A DNA stretch of 64,000 bases, taken from contig CBDBFU010000028.1 of the NCBI GenBank assembly GCA_965205025.1, positions 96,001 to 160,000 of the forward strand, written 5' to 3'. Made by a program: the position numbers and the translations under genes. This document shows positions 20,899 to 30,930 of the stretch, piece after piece; within the stretch, counting starts at the first letter, position 1; each line of letters opens with the position of its first letter. Origin of the DNA: Candidatus Poribacteria bacterium. GTDB taxonomy: Bacteria; Poribacteria; WGA-4E; WGA-3G. The notes under the pieces are model-generated. The model saw only the letters and a program-made list of their open reading frames with translations. It had not been told where the DNA came from and did no database searches.

Positions 20899-20987
20899 CT
20901 TTTAAAGAGTAAGTTTGGCTACAATTAACAAATTTCGGTCTATTTATTCATAATTGACTTTATACCAGATCTAATGGAGTTTTTCTG

Positions 20988-23713
20988 ATGGTAGATGAAG
21001 ATGTTCAACTAATTAATAGAATTTTATCAGGTGATGACGACGCTTTTTCCACATTAGTTGAAAAGTATCAAAAAGGAATTCATGCTTTTGCATGGCGGAG
21101 GATTGGGGATTATCACTATGCTGAAGAAATTACTCAAGATACTTTCGTGCAAGTCTATAAAAACCTTTCGTCACTCAGAAATCCTTATCAGTTTGCGGGA
21201 TGGTTATATGTGATTGCTAATCGCCTATGTCTTAAGTGGTTACAAAAGAAAAAAATGAACGTTCAATCGTTAGAGGACACACCCATGGCAGAAATAGAAC
21301 AATATTCATATAACAAGTATATATTGGAAGAGCGAAAGACGAATGCCAGAGAAAGTGGTCTTGAGATAGTTAAGAAACTTCTGGATAAACTTCCTGAAAG
21401 TGAACAAACTGTCACAACCCTTTACTATTTAGGTGAAATGACAGCAAAAGAGATAAGTAAGTTCTTAGGCGTGTCGGTAAACACGATTAAGAGTAGACTT
21501 CGCCGAGCGCGCATTCGTTTACAGGAAGAAGAACTACCGTCTGAAGAAATATTGAACTCTGTTCAATTCTCTACCAATCTTAGTGAAAACATCCTACAGC
21601 GAGTTGTTGATATAAAACCGACTCCGATTCCAAGTGCAAAGCCAACACTTCCATGGGTAGTTTTCAGTGTTGCTACCTTTTTAGTTATGTTATTAGGTGT
21701 TTCCAATCAATACTTTGATCATTTCCAAAAACCTTATAGTTTTGACACACAATCTGAACAGACAGTTGAAATTACTGATGCCCATGTTTTTCTTGACACA
21801 GATGTAAGACCCTCTAATCTAAATCAAGTAGGACGAACTGATACTGATGGCAATAACAGTGGTATCAGTGTTCAAGATTCTGACTCGGTTATAGCGTCTG
21901 ATGAACAGGATTGGCACTTGCGAGGCTTACCCGTAGGTGTGAAAGCACGGATCGGTAAAGGCTTCATAACTGGAAGAATCTCGATTTCAACTGATGAAAA
22001 ACGTATGGCGATACCGTGTAGTATCGGTATTTGGATATATGACACAGAAACAGATAAAGTACTTGATCTAATCACAGGACATTCTAATTGGTATAGGAAC
22101 GTTGCGTTTAGTCCAGACGATATCCTGTTGGCGAGTGTGCGGGGGATAAAGTAGTACATATGTGGGATGCACGCACAGGTACTGAACTTTGGACCATGCA
22201 AGGTCATAAGGACATAACAAAGGACGTGGTATTCAGTCCGGATGGTTCACTATTAGCAAGTGGAAGTGAAGACGAAACCATCCGTCTATGGGATGTGCGA
22301 ACCGGCACACATATTAGGACGTTAATTGGACACATTAGAGGTGTAACAAGCATTGCATTCAGTTCAAACGGTGAAACGTTAGCGAGTGGCAGTGACGACA
22401 AAACTTTACGGTTGTGGGATGTGCATACAGGGGCATTAGTGCAGACAATCAGGGGATATGAAACTGCTGGAATAAATTCCGTTGCGTTTAGTCCGGATGG
22501 TAGGACAATTGCGAGTGCAAGTGATCACAATACCTTTCATCTATATGACGTACAGACAGGTAAATTACGCTACAAGTTGGTAGGAAATAATGGCTCAGAT
22601 GTCCATACGGGTATTGATTTTGTTAACTTTAGTCCAGATGGGTCAAAATTGGCAACTGCAAATCGAGATCGTACAATACGTCTGTGGGATGCACATACGG
22701 GGGATTTGATACAGGTGCTCAATGGACACAGGTCACATGTTCTCAGCGTTGTATTTAGTCAAGACGGTAAAACGTTGATAAGCAGTAGCAGAGACAACAC
22801 CGTGCGGTTGTGGGATGTAGATACTGGAGAAGAACTACGTAAGATGGTAGATCATATGCGGGGTTTACGTAATGTAGCGTTCAGTCCGGATGGGAAAACA
22901 CTTGCAAGCTGTACTTGGGGCAATAACGTTCGGTTATGGGATGTGCAAACGTGTTCACTGCTTCAGTCACTGGAGGGACATACCAAGTCTGTAACAAACG
23001 TTGCGTTCAGTCCGGATGGACAGACATTAGCGAGTAGCAGTTGGGACAATACCGTTCGTTTATGGGATATAAAAACGGGCATTTCGCTTCCACCTCTGGT
23101 TGGACATAATAAAGGGGTCATGAGCATTAACTTTAGTCCGAATAGCAATACTCTTGCAAGTGGCAATTATGATGGCACCATCTATTTGTGGGATACGCAA
23201 ACAGGTAAACGGAAGTATACGATGACAGCGAGAAATTGGGTCAATAGCGTTGCGTTCAGTCCAGATGGTTCTGTACTTGCAAGTGGTAGCTGGGACAATA
23301 CTGTGCGTACGTGGGATGTGAATACCGGCACATCGCTTTTGACATTGGATACAAATCAGAATGTCAATTCTGTCGTGTTTAGTCCGGACGGGAAGATGCT
23401 TGCATCTGGAGATCATAACAGCACCTTGCATCTATGGGACGCTTTATCGGGTGAACCGCTTTGGACGTTGGCGGAACAACGAGGAAGGATCAATAGTATA
23501 GATTTCAGTCCGAATGGAAAAATACTGGCAAGTGGAGGTGATGATGGCACTGTGCTGTTGTGTGATGTACTCACTGGCACTCCTTTTCGGACACTTAATA
23601 AACATCGAGGTCCTGTTGATAGCGTTATGTTCAGTCCGGATGGTAAAACATTGGCGAGTGCAAGTGGTTGCACCGTATTGCTGTGGGAAATTAGATCTGA
23701 TACGGTGAATTAG
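20988..23713 (+). pseudogene. ECF sigma-TM-WD40 fusion split by a frameshift near 22140
   Basis: 20988..22154 (sigma regions 2/4, TM LPWVVFSVATFLVMLLGV, first blades) continues in another frame as 22160..23713; removing GT from GAGTGTGCGGGGGAT restores ASAGDKVVHMWD. Confidence 0.8.
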
Positions 23714-23747
23714 GTTTGTTGGACAGATTCGCCACTACTACTCATCT

Positions 23748-24022
23748 AATACCATTTATAGTAATTAAGTCTCATTAATTGAATTTCTTTAATGTAGCAC
23801 AAACTTCATGAAGATTAAGTAAATATTTCGGTAATTCTAATTTTCCCAAACCCGGTAGGTGCGGTTTCCTAACCACGGGGAATGCTAAATAGCATTCATA
23901 CCGTTGATTCGAATTTCTAACACATTACCGAATTATTATTTTAATCTTCATCCAGTTTGTGTAGGATTTTAAGACATAAATAACACCTAATCATGGAAGA
24001 ATCATTTATAGAGATGGTATAA
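23748..24022. mobile_element. Nested MITEs: outer TACCAT..ATGGTA element with inner ATGAAG..CTTCAT element (23808..23951)
   Basis: Both TIR pairs visible; inner element shares TIR and GGTAGGTGCGGTTTCC core with 6227..6567. Confidence 0.7.
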
Positions 24023-24246
24023 GTTGACAGATTACAAGATTTGGACGAATAAGCATAGCAAAACTGATTTTTGACATTCTGCAAGTTGTCTACACCGAAA
24101 TTGTATTCATAAAGAGAATAATCGCTGGCTATGACTACATTCGAGTTTGAAAGTATTATTATTTCTTATCGCAACAAATATAGAAAAACTATATAGTGAT
24201 AAGTAGCAACTTAGGTTACCATACATCCAAATGGAGGAATTCAACT

Positions 24247-25099
24247 ATGAAAAACTCTTTATTCGTTATCATACTAACCATATTATTCTCTATAGTAATA
24301 TCCAATCTAACCTCAGCAGAGATTGTCATAGACGGACTCGTAAGCTATTGGACATTTGACAAAAACGATATAATCAATAGAACATTAAAAGACGTATGGG
24401 GTGAAAACAACGCAACAATACACGGAGACCCTAATACCGCTACAGGCATAGCTGGAGAAGCACTCAAATTCGATGGCAGAGGCGATTACATTGATCTAAC
24501 AACACTCGGTGATTTTGGAGGGCAGTTAGGGAAATCCACCTTTGAAGCTTGGATAAAAACTACCAACACAACTGATTGGATGACGCTTATAAATACAAAT
24601 GGACATCTGTGTCCTAATTGGGGAATTCAAATAAACGCGAGAAAAACTAAAAATGCTCTTTGTTAGGGCGGAAAGGATGCTTTCCTTCAACCATAGTCTA
24701 ACAGATGGAAAACAGTGCTTTCCAATTGTTCTCGGTGATTATTCACCTGTATTCGATGGGAAATGGCATCATATCGTCTACATACTGGATTTTGAGATAA
24801 ATGAAGCAGGTGGACGCGGGAACGAAAGGGTCTATATTGATTCTATCCGAAGACCAAGGTCAACAGCAAATGTTCAGGAAGAATTTGGCTTTTTCCCCTT
24901 CACTGCTCCTGTCTATCTTGGTGCAAGAAAAATCGATGATACAGCATACAGTTTCTTTAAGGGATACATAGATGAAGTCCGTTTATATGATCGTCCTCTC
25001 ACAGAAAATCAAGTCATCAAAAACTACAATTCAAGAACACCTTACAACGTCGAACCTAAAGAGAAATTGACAATCCTTTGGGGCAAACTCAAACAGTAA
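24247..25099 (+). pseudogene. Secreted LamG-like jellyroll protein, +1 frameshift near 24650
   Basis: GGAGG SD, signal peptide, GLVSYWTFD, ALKFDG, DGKWHHI, FKGYIDEVRLY; ends VEPKEKLTILWGKLKQ. Confidence 0.85.
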
Positions 25100-25193
25100 T
25101 CAGAAATATTTAGTAGTGTAAACTGTTAATTTGCGTGCTAAGATTCACAAAATGTAATATTAAAAAACTTCAATTTGGAGAATATATTTTATT

Positions 25194-26034
25194 ATGAAAA
25201 TATTGAAAAGATGTATTATTTTTGTCCACATAACTATTTTGACATTACTAATGTCTATAAGTATATCTATATGTTCCTTTGCACAAGGAAAGGTAAATGT
25301 TAAAGGGGGACCTATTCCCGAAGTAGAATGGATGGTAAATGTCGCTGGAGAGTCCGTTAAACGAGGATCATTCTAATGTTGACACTTGGATTACCAAGTG
25401 GTATGGACCGGATGGTAATTATGAAAACAACGGAGGATTTATTAAGAGTGCCCCATTAGACCTAATTGAAGAAGGGACTGATGGAAAATTAGACCAACTT
25501 ATACTTTCCACAGTTACAGGATTGAATAAAACCAAATCTGTTGATATCAATTGGCCACTTAATGGCGGAAAACGAGATTGGACAGTCTTCGAAATTAACC
25601 CCGATAGTGCAAATAATATTTGGAAAGAAGGTGGCGGAGCCAATAATTTTGACACATACGCAATTTGTGTTATAGACGCACCGAAAAATATGAAATCTGT
25701 TATGTCTCCTGCTCATGATGATCATGCACAAATATGGATAAATGGTGAAAAATGGTATAATCATTCGCAATGGACTGGTGGAACGACACGAGTTAACTAC
25801 AATATTGAAGTTGAATTGAATAAGGGTGCAAATATACTCTTATTTAGGTGTGGAGAAGGAGGGGGTAGTGCATACCTAAACCTTCACTTTGACGACGCAA
25901 CTCACGATGCCGTTGATATTTACCCAGATCAGGCAGATGACAAAATTAGTTTCTTCAAAGAGATATTTGGAGCATTATCAATTGAACCAATTGATAAACT
26001 AACAACAATATGGGCAGATATTAAACGGAGATAA
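25194..26034 (+). pseudogene. Secreted beta-sandwich (galactose-binding/PA14-like) protein, +1 frameshift near 25360
   Basis: Signal peptide in 25194..25376; HDDHAQIWING..VELNKGANILLF in 25339..26034; ends IEPIDKLTTIWADIKRR. Confidence 0.75.
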
Positions 26035-26145
26035 ACTATATTAACCTGAGTTTGAAATAGAATTCAATTTTAAAATATTGTGTATACTATGTGATAATTA
26101 TGATACCATTTATCATAAATATCCAACTTTAGAAGGAGGTTATTG

Positions 26146-27061
26146 ATGTTTGTCAACTTTAAACTCTTATTAAGCGTAATGCTACTACTCAGCTACGTTG
26201 TCCCTGTCTTTGCTTTTGAGCCTTCTGGCGGTGTTTTGTTGCTGGATGGTGAGGATGACTATGCCATACTCCCCTTTGCGGAACATGGAATATATTATCC
26301 CTGAAGGTACCCGTGAGTTTACGGTGGAGGCTTGGGTCTATCCAAAAGCTGAACCGAAGGAAAAAGATAATGACCTCATTCTTAGTCAGCAAGTTGTCTT
26401 CAGGATGATCGCAAGGGACAGGTGCAGACCTAAAAAGAATCAATTTTGCAGTACTCGGTATGCATATCTTTCAAGAGAAGGGGCTCACGGAATCGCAGGA
26501 ATAGATGATGCAATAGAGAAAGATCAATGGAACTATATAGCAATCATCTTCAAGAATAGCACACTTTATCATGTGACAAACGATCAAATTACTGGAGGCA
26601 GACAATTGGTTTTTGCAAATAGAGTGTCTTCAAATATTCGTAGACCTGAAGGGGTTGAAGCCTTTGTCGTAGGCGGATTTGATGAAGATAAGGAAATGTT
26701 TGATCGTCATGGACAATTGTTATTTCAAGTGAGTTGGTTTCAAGGGGCAATTGATGCTATAAGGTTTTCAAATATCGCCCGATATGATTTACCTAATGAG
26801 CCTGGAATCCATCCGTTTATTCCACCGCAACGCCTCTTTAGTGATCCGCACACGTTAGCATTTTGGGACTTCAATGACAAAGAAGGTGAAACGGTCTTTC
26901 AAGATGAATCGGGAAATGGAAATACGTTAGTTGGCATGAATGGTGCTATGACGATTGGTGGAGCTGGTGTTAATCTTATTCGTGATACCGATGATGGACT
27001 GGATGTTCGTCCAAACAACTCTTTAACAACGACATGGGGACAGATAAAATTGAGGGAATAG
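26146..27061 (+). pseudogene. Secreted LamG-like protein, +1 frameshift near 26290
   Basis: AAGGAGG SD, ATG 26146 gives MFVNFKLLLSVMLLLSYVVPVFAF..LDGEDDYA; continues FTVEAWVYP..FQGAIDAIRFS; ends VRPNNSLTTTWGQIKLRE. Confidence 0.85.
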
Positions 27062-27078
27062 TTATACTAAAACGAAAA

Positions 27079-27233
27079 CTAACGTGAGTTTGAAAAATAG
27101 TTAGACTTCCACATTTCCACTTAAAGTCCACCTGTTAAGGGGGACTTAGGGGTTAAAAGACAAATAAACTATTTAATTGTCAGATTTTTTGACTAAAATC
27201 TCCTATTTTCTACACAAACTGCGTAAGTCCTGA
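27079..27233. mobile_element. Hybrid/degenerate MITE
   Basis: Left end CTAACGTGAGTTTG (as 42982), right end TGCGTAAGTCCTG (as 16333), internal TAAGGGGGACTTAGGGG (as 16693). Confidence 0.5.
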
Positions 27234-27314
27234 TCATATTACATTCCAATTGCTGTGATAATACCGAATCAAATTACCTGAAAATCCACTATTCTAATTC
27301 ATATTAATCAATAA

Positions 27315-28133
27315 ATGAAGTATTTATTTTCTTTTATTTTATGCTTGATGCTTCTATCTCAAATTTCAATTTCTGGGACTTATGTTGATACATTTGAGGA
27401 TCGTAGATTGTCAGATTGGAAAGAGATTAACGTAAATGACTCTCGACCTGTCAACTGGAAAGTATCCAATGGAGAAGTCCGTGTAGAAAGTAAAGATAGC
27501 AATACTCGGATACTCGTTCTAAAAGATATAGAATGGACAAATTATGAGGTGGGAGTTGAGTGTGATGCCTCTTAAAAGACATGGACACGGACACATTGTT
27601 CTGGCTTCAAGAGTCACACCAACCAGAGCCATTGTTTTTACTATAGGCGATATATTCTGGAACGCTCCAATATCAATCGCTACAGGAACGATTCTCAACT
27701 TGGAAAATGGAGGATTAGAGGGAACTCCGTTGCAGTTCGCTAAGATACGGAATCTTCAAAATGGCAATAAGCAACAAGTAAAGATTGATGAACTATTACG
27801 GGTTGGGGTAGATCTGCCTTGTAATAATGTACATCCATATCCATTTCTAAAAACACATGAGTGGACACATCTAAAACTAATGGTCAGTGGCGACCTATTT
27901 ATGCTCTGGGTAAATGAGGAATTAGTTCTAAATACAAAATGTAATTTGCACATTTGGCATTTCTGAAAGGTGACCTTGTCACTGGAAGCATCGGTTTTGG
28001 CATAGCAGGATATACTGCTCTATTTGACAATTTTGTGGCTTCAGGTGAGGAAATACCCAACCAAGGTAGATTGTCCGTCCAACCACAAGAGAAACTTGGA
28101 CTCACATGGGGAAAATTAAAAGTGGGTCAATGA
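27315..28133 (+). pseudogene. Secreted DUF1080-like lectin-fold protein, frameshifts near 27551 and 27940
   Basis: Three consecutive frames join to signal peptide..WTNYEV-ELSVMP..WTHLKLMVSG..GSIGFG..FDNFVASG..VQPQEKLGLTWGKLKVGQ*. Confidence 0.75.
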
Positions 28134-28240
28134 TTATCTTTAATAACCTACCTATCTAATCTTACCTGACAGATATTATGTAGTCTATCAATCCAACGAT
28201 GGACTGGAATCCTATATTTGCCATTTATTTATAGAAGGTG

Positions 28241-28380
28241 TCAACAGCAGAGAATCTCGTCACTTTCTGAGAACACACCACATGTGCTATAATGTTAGGT
28301 GTATTTAACAGGATAGCACTCAATTAACCAGCGGTGGACATATAGGTACGATCTGCCTTTGGGATTTGAAATAGTTTATT
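28241..28380 (+). pseudogene. Degraded C-terminal WD40 fragment (WDLKPYL subfamily)
   Basis: QDSTQLTSGGHIGTICLWDLK* resembles QDSTLLASGGHDGTIYLWDLKPYL at the end of 28510..30507. Confidence 0.6.
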
Positions 28381-28509
28381 AGTTCTGTACTTTACTCTCG
28401 CGAATCATCTATAGCATTTTAATCCTACATGTATTGCCAAACTCCAAAAGTCAATTTCGCATAACATATCTGAGTGCAAAGTTACTAAGACAATTTCCTT
28501 ATGTCATAA

Positions 28510-30507
28510 ATGGACAAAATATTGAAAAACAAAACTACTTCCAATCTTAGTTCACTTGATAACAGAGATGTGACAACTTGGGCACTTCCTGAAGGTGCAC
28601 ATGCGAGATTAGGACGCGGACGTGCCAACGATATGGCATTTTCACCTAACGAACAATATTTGGTTATCGGCACAGCAATTGGACTTTGGTTATATGATCT
28701 ACCGACTTTATCTCCAATTGCTCTTTGGGATACCGAACGTGGAATGATTAGTTCTGTTATAGTTTCACCAGATAATCAACGGATTGTCACACATACTTTT
28801 TCCGAATCCATAAAGATATGGGATATTCGAGAAGGCATCTGTATAACTCAGATCGAGAAGCAAAACGAACGAGATATAACCAATCCTATCTTTTCTCAAG
28901 ACGGAGAGTACATTGCTACAATTAGTAATGAAAGAAATTGGAAAATTTACTTCTGGTGTTCTCATACAGGTAGGAAACTGAAAGAAACAGTAATTAAGCC
29001 GCCTCGTGAAGTTTATCCTATCTGTTTTTCACTTGATTTGAATTTGTTAGCAGGTAAGACCAATGATCCAGATAATGTGGACAGAAATAACGGGAATGAT
29101 TCAATTATAATTTGGAATGTAAATTCTGGAGAACAAATTACCATCATTGAGAATTATCCAGAACCAGTGCGAAGGTTCTGCTTTTCTCCATGCGGACAAT
29201 ACCTTGCAGCAGGTAATTACCATGGTAAAATACATGTATGGGACATCACACGCGAACAACTGGAAGCTACTTATTCTGAATATGGAAACGCACAGATGTA
29301 TCCATATTATCTTACAGATGGTGAATTAATTGCTTGTGCTGTTTCTGATCGCGTAGCTGAGATTTGGAATGTAAGAAAGCATGAGAAAATAAATGAATTT
29401 GCGCATCGTGGTAATACTGGAATAGTTAGTTTTTCGGACAGTGGTACACAAATGGCACATGCAAGTCCGAGCGAAATCAAAATCTGGAGGAAAAGTAATA
29501 ATTCTGATATTCATACTGTTTCATCTCTCCATGGACATCTCACAACGATGGACACAATAGTTTTTTCAAAGAACGAGAAGACGCTTGCTGCCGGATTTTG
29601 GAATGACAATGTCCTTCTATGGGATCTTGCCAGTAGACGGTCATACCGACCAGACAGTGAAAAACTACCTGGGACTTCGCATAATGTTTATAGATCTCCT
29701 AACGATACTATTATTACTACCAACAGATTAAAAGAAAAAATAATTGTATATGAGCTTGGTAAGAATGAACCGATTGCAGAATTGGTTGGTCCAAAAGAGG
29801 GTTTAGGTCGCGCCCAAGCATACACTTCCACAGGAGCAAGGATAGCAAATGTCGACAGAGACGATAACATACATATCTGGGAACGATTATCAACCTTATA
29901 TGACAGGTCAAAAACCGAAACTTGGAAAAAGATCGCTACGATCCATAATGATGAAGAATTTACTTACGGATTAAGGTTTAGTCCGACTGGAATGGCGTTT
30001 AGTCCAGATGGAAAACAGCTCGCAACTATATCAAGATCACAGGATTGTAAAGCCTGTTTGTGGAATGTTGATACAGGGATACAGATTGCTGAGCTTCCTA
30101 TAACCCCACCATCAAGAAGGGGAATGTATCGTGATTATGATACTGGGATAGCATTTTCGCCAGATGGCAATATCATCGCAGGTGGAATGTGGCACGGGAT
30201 TGTCCTGTGGAATGCAATAGATGGAAAATCCATTAAATACATCCCACACTCGGAGGAATATCAACGACCTATCACATTATGCTTTTCGCCGTGCGGACAG
30301 TATTTGGCTTCTGGGGCATGGTGGACACCAGATTTACAAAAGGTGTCTATCCGAATATGGAAGGTTCCAACAGGTGAGAATCTCACCACTTTTTGGGGAC
30401 ATACCACAGATGTCCAATGTTTTGCATTTTCACAGGACAGCACTCTATTAGCAAGTGGTGGACACGATGGTACGATTTACCTGTGGGATCTGAAACCTTA
30501 TTTATAG
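28510..30507 (+). CDS. Cytoplasmic WD40 repeat protein (WDLKPYL subfamily)
   Basis: WALPEGAHARLGRG, FSPCG blades, ASGAWW, ends WDLKPYL. Confidence 0.9.
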   Translation: MDKILKNKTTSNLSSLDNRDVTTWALPEGAHARLGRGRANDMAFSPNEQYLVIGTAIGLWLYDLPTLSPIALWDTERGMISSVIVSPDNQRIVTHTFSESIKIWDIREGICITQIEKQNERDITNPIFSQDGEYIATISNERNWKIYFWCSHTGRKLKETVIKPPREVYPICFSLDLNLLAGKTNDPDNVDRNNGNDSIIIWNVNSGEQITIIENYPEPVRRFCFSPCGQYLAAGNYHGKIHVWDITREQLEATYSEYGNAQMYPYYLTDGELIACAVSDRVAEIWNVRKHEKINEFAHRGNTGIVSFSDSGTQMAHASPSEIKIWRKSNNSDIHTVSSLHGHLTTMDTIVFSKNEKTLAAGFWNDNVLLWDLASRRSYRPDSEKLPGTSHNVYRSPNDTIITTNRLKEKIIVYELGKNEPIAELVGPKEGLGRAQAYTSTGARIANVDRDDNIHIWERLSTLYDRSKTETWKKIATIHNDEEFTYGLRFSPTGMAFSPDGKQLATISRSQDCKACLWNVDTGIQIAELPITPPSRRGMYRDYDTGIAFSPDGNIIAGGMWHGIVLWNAIDGKSIKYIPHSEEYQRPITLCFSPCGQYLASGAWWTPDLQKVSIRIWKVPTGENLTTFWGHTTDVQCFAFSQDSTLLASGGHDGTIYLWDLKPYL

Positions 30508-30532
30508 AATTTAGAGAACATCTCTAATAATT

Positions 30533-30766
30533 CTATAGTTTGGACAATTAGTTTGGACAATTTCTGAGAGGTGCTTCACCTTTTTTCAAAGGGTTTCTGG
30601 TTTTTCGCCACGTGTCTCACGCTAATCCAACTCTAAGAAAAATAAACTCGGATGGACTAAAGCGTAGCCCCAGCGGGGCGAAATGTGTGTAGAAACGTCA
30701 TATCTCCTCAAGATCCAAGCCCCAGAGGGGCGAAATGTATATCGCTTCAAACTGTCCAAATTATAG
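30533..30766. mobile_element. MITE with CTATAGTTTGGACA TIRs
   Basis: CTATAGTTTGGACA / TGTCCAAATTATAG ends; two internal GCCCCAG(C/A)GGGGCGAAATGT hairpin units. Confidence 0.7.
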
Positions 30767-30849
30767 TAATAATGTAGTACTTCCATTTTTTTCTAGATAA
30801 TCTTGAAAGGAGAATCTGAAATTGTTAGGAGAAAATGGATCCGTAACTC

Positions 30850-30900
30850 CTCAATTATGACACTCATGCAACCCACCAATCACAAAAAAGCGTCACCCAA
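30850..30900 (+). promoter_or_regulatory. Putative ECF sigma promoter
   Basis: CTCAATTATGAC..TGCAAC(30867)-N17-GCGTC(30890). Confidence 0.65.
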
Positions 30901-30930
30901 TTGTAACACCTATATTATGCCGAGGTAAAA

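Noticed and set aside
22152-22160. Stop-codon readthrough or pyrrolysine at the TAG ending 20988..22154
   Set aside because: The downstream ORF is in a different frame, so an indel rather than readthrough is needed.
26198-26290. Track start MSLSLLLSLLAVFCC as signal peptide of the LamG gene
   Set aside because: Out-of-frame reading; the true start is ATG 26146 with an AAGGAGG SD and the LDGEDDY LamG motif.
28241-30507. Possible DGR template/variable repeat pairs (28310 vs 30432; 12005 vs 16168)
   Set aside because: Mismatches are not adenine-specific and no reverse transcriptase or accessory gene is present in the window.
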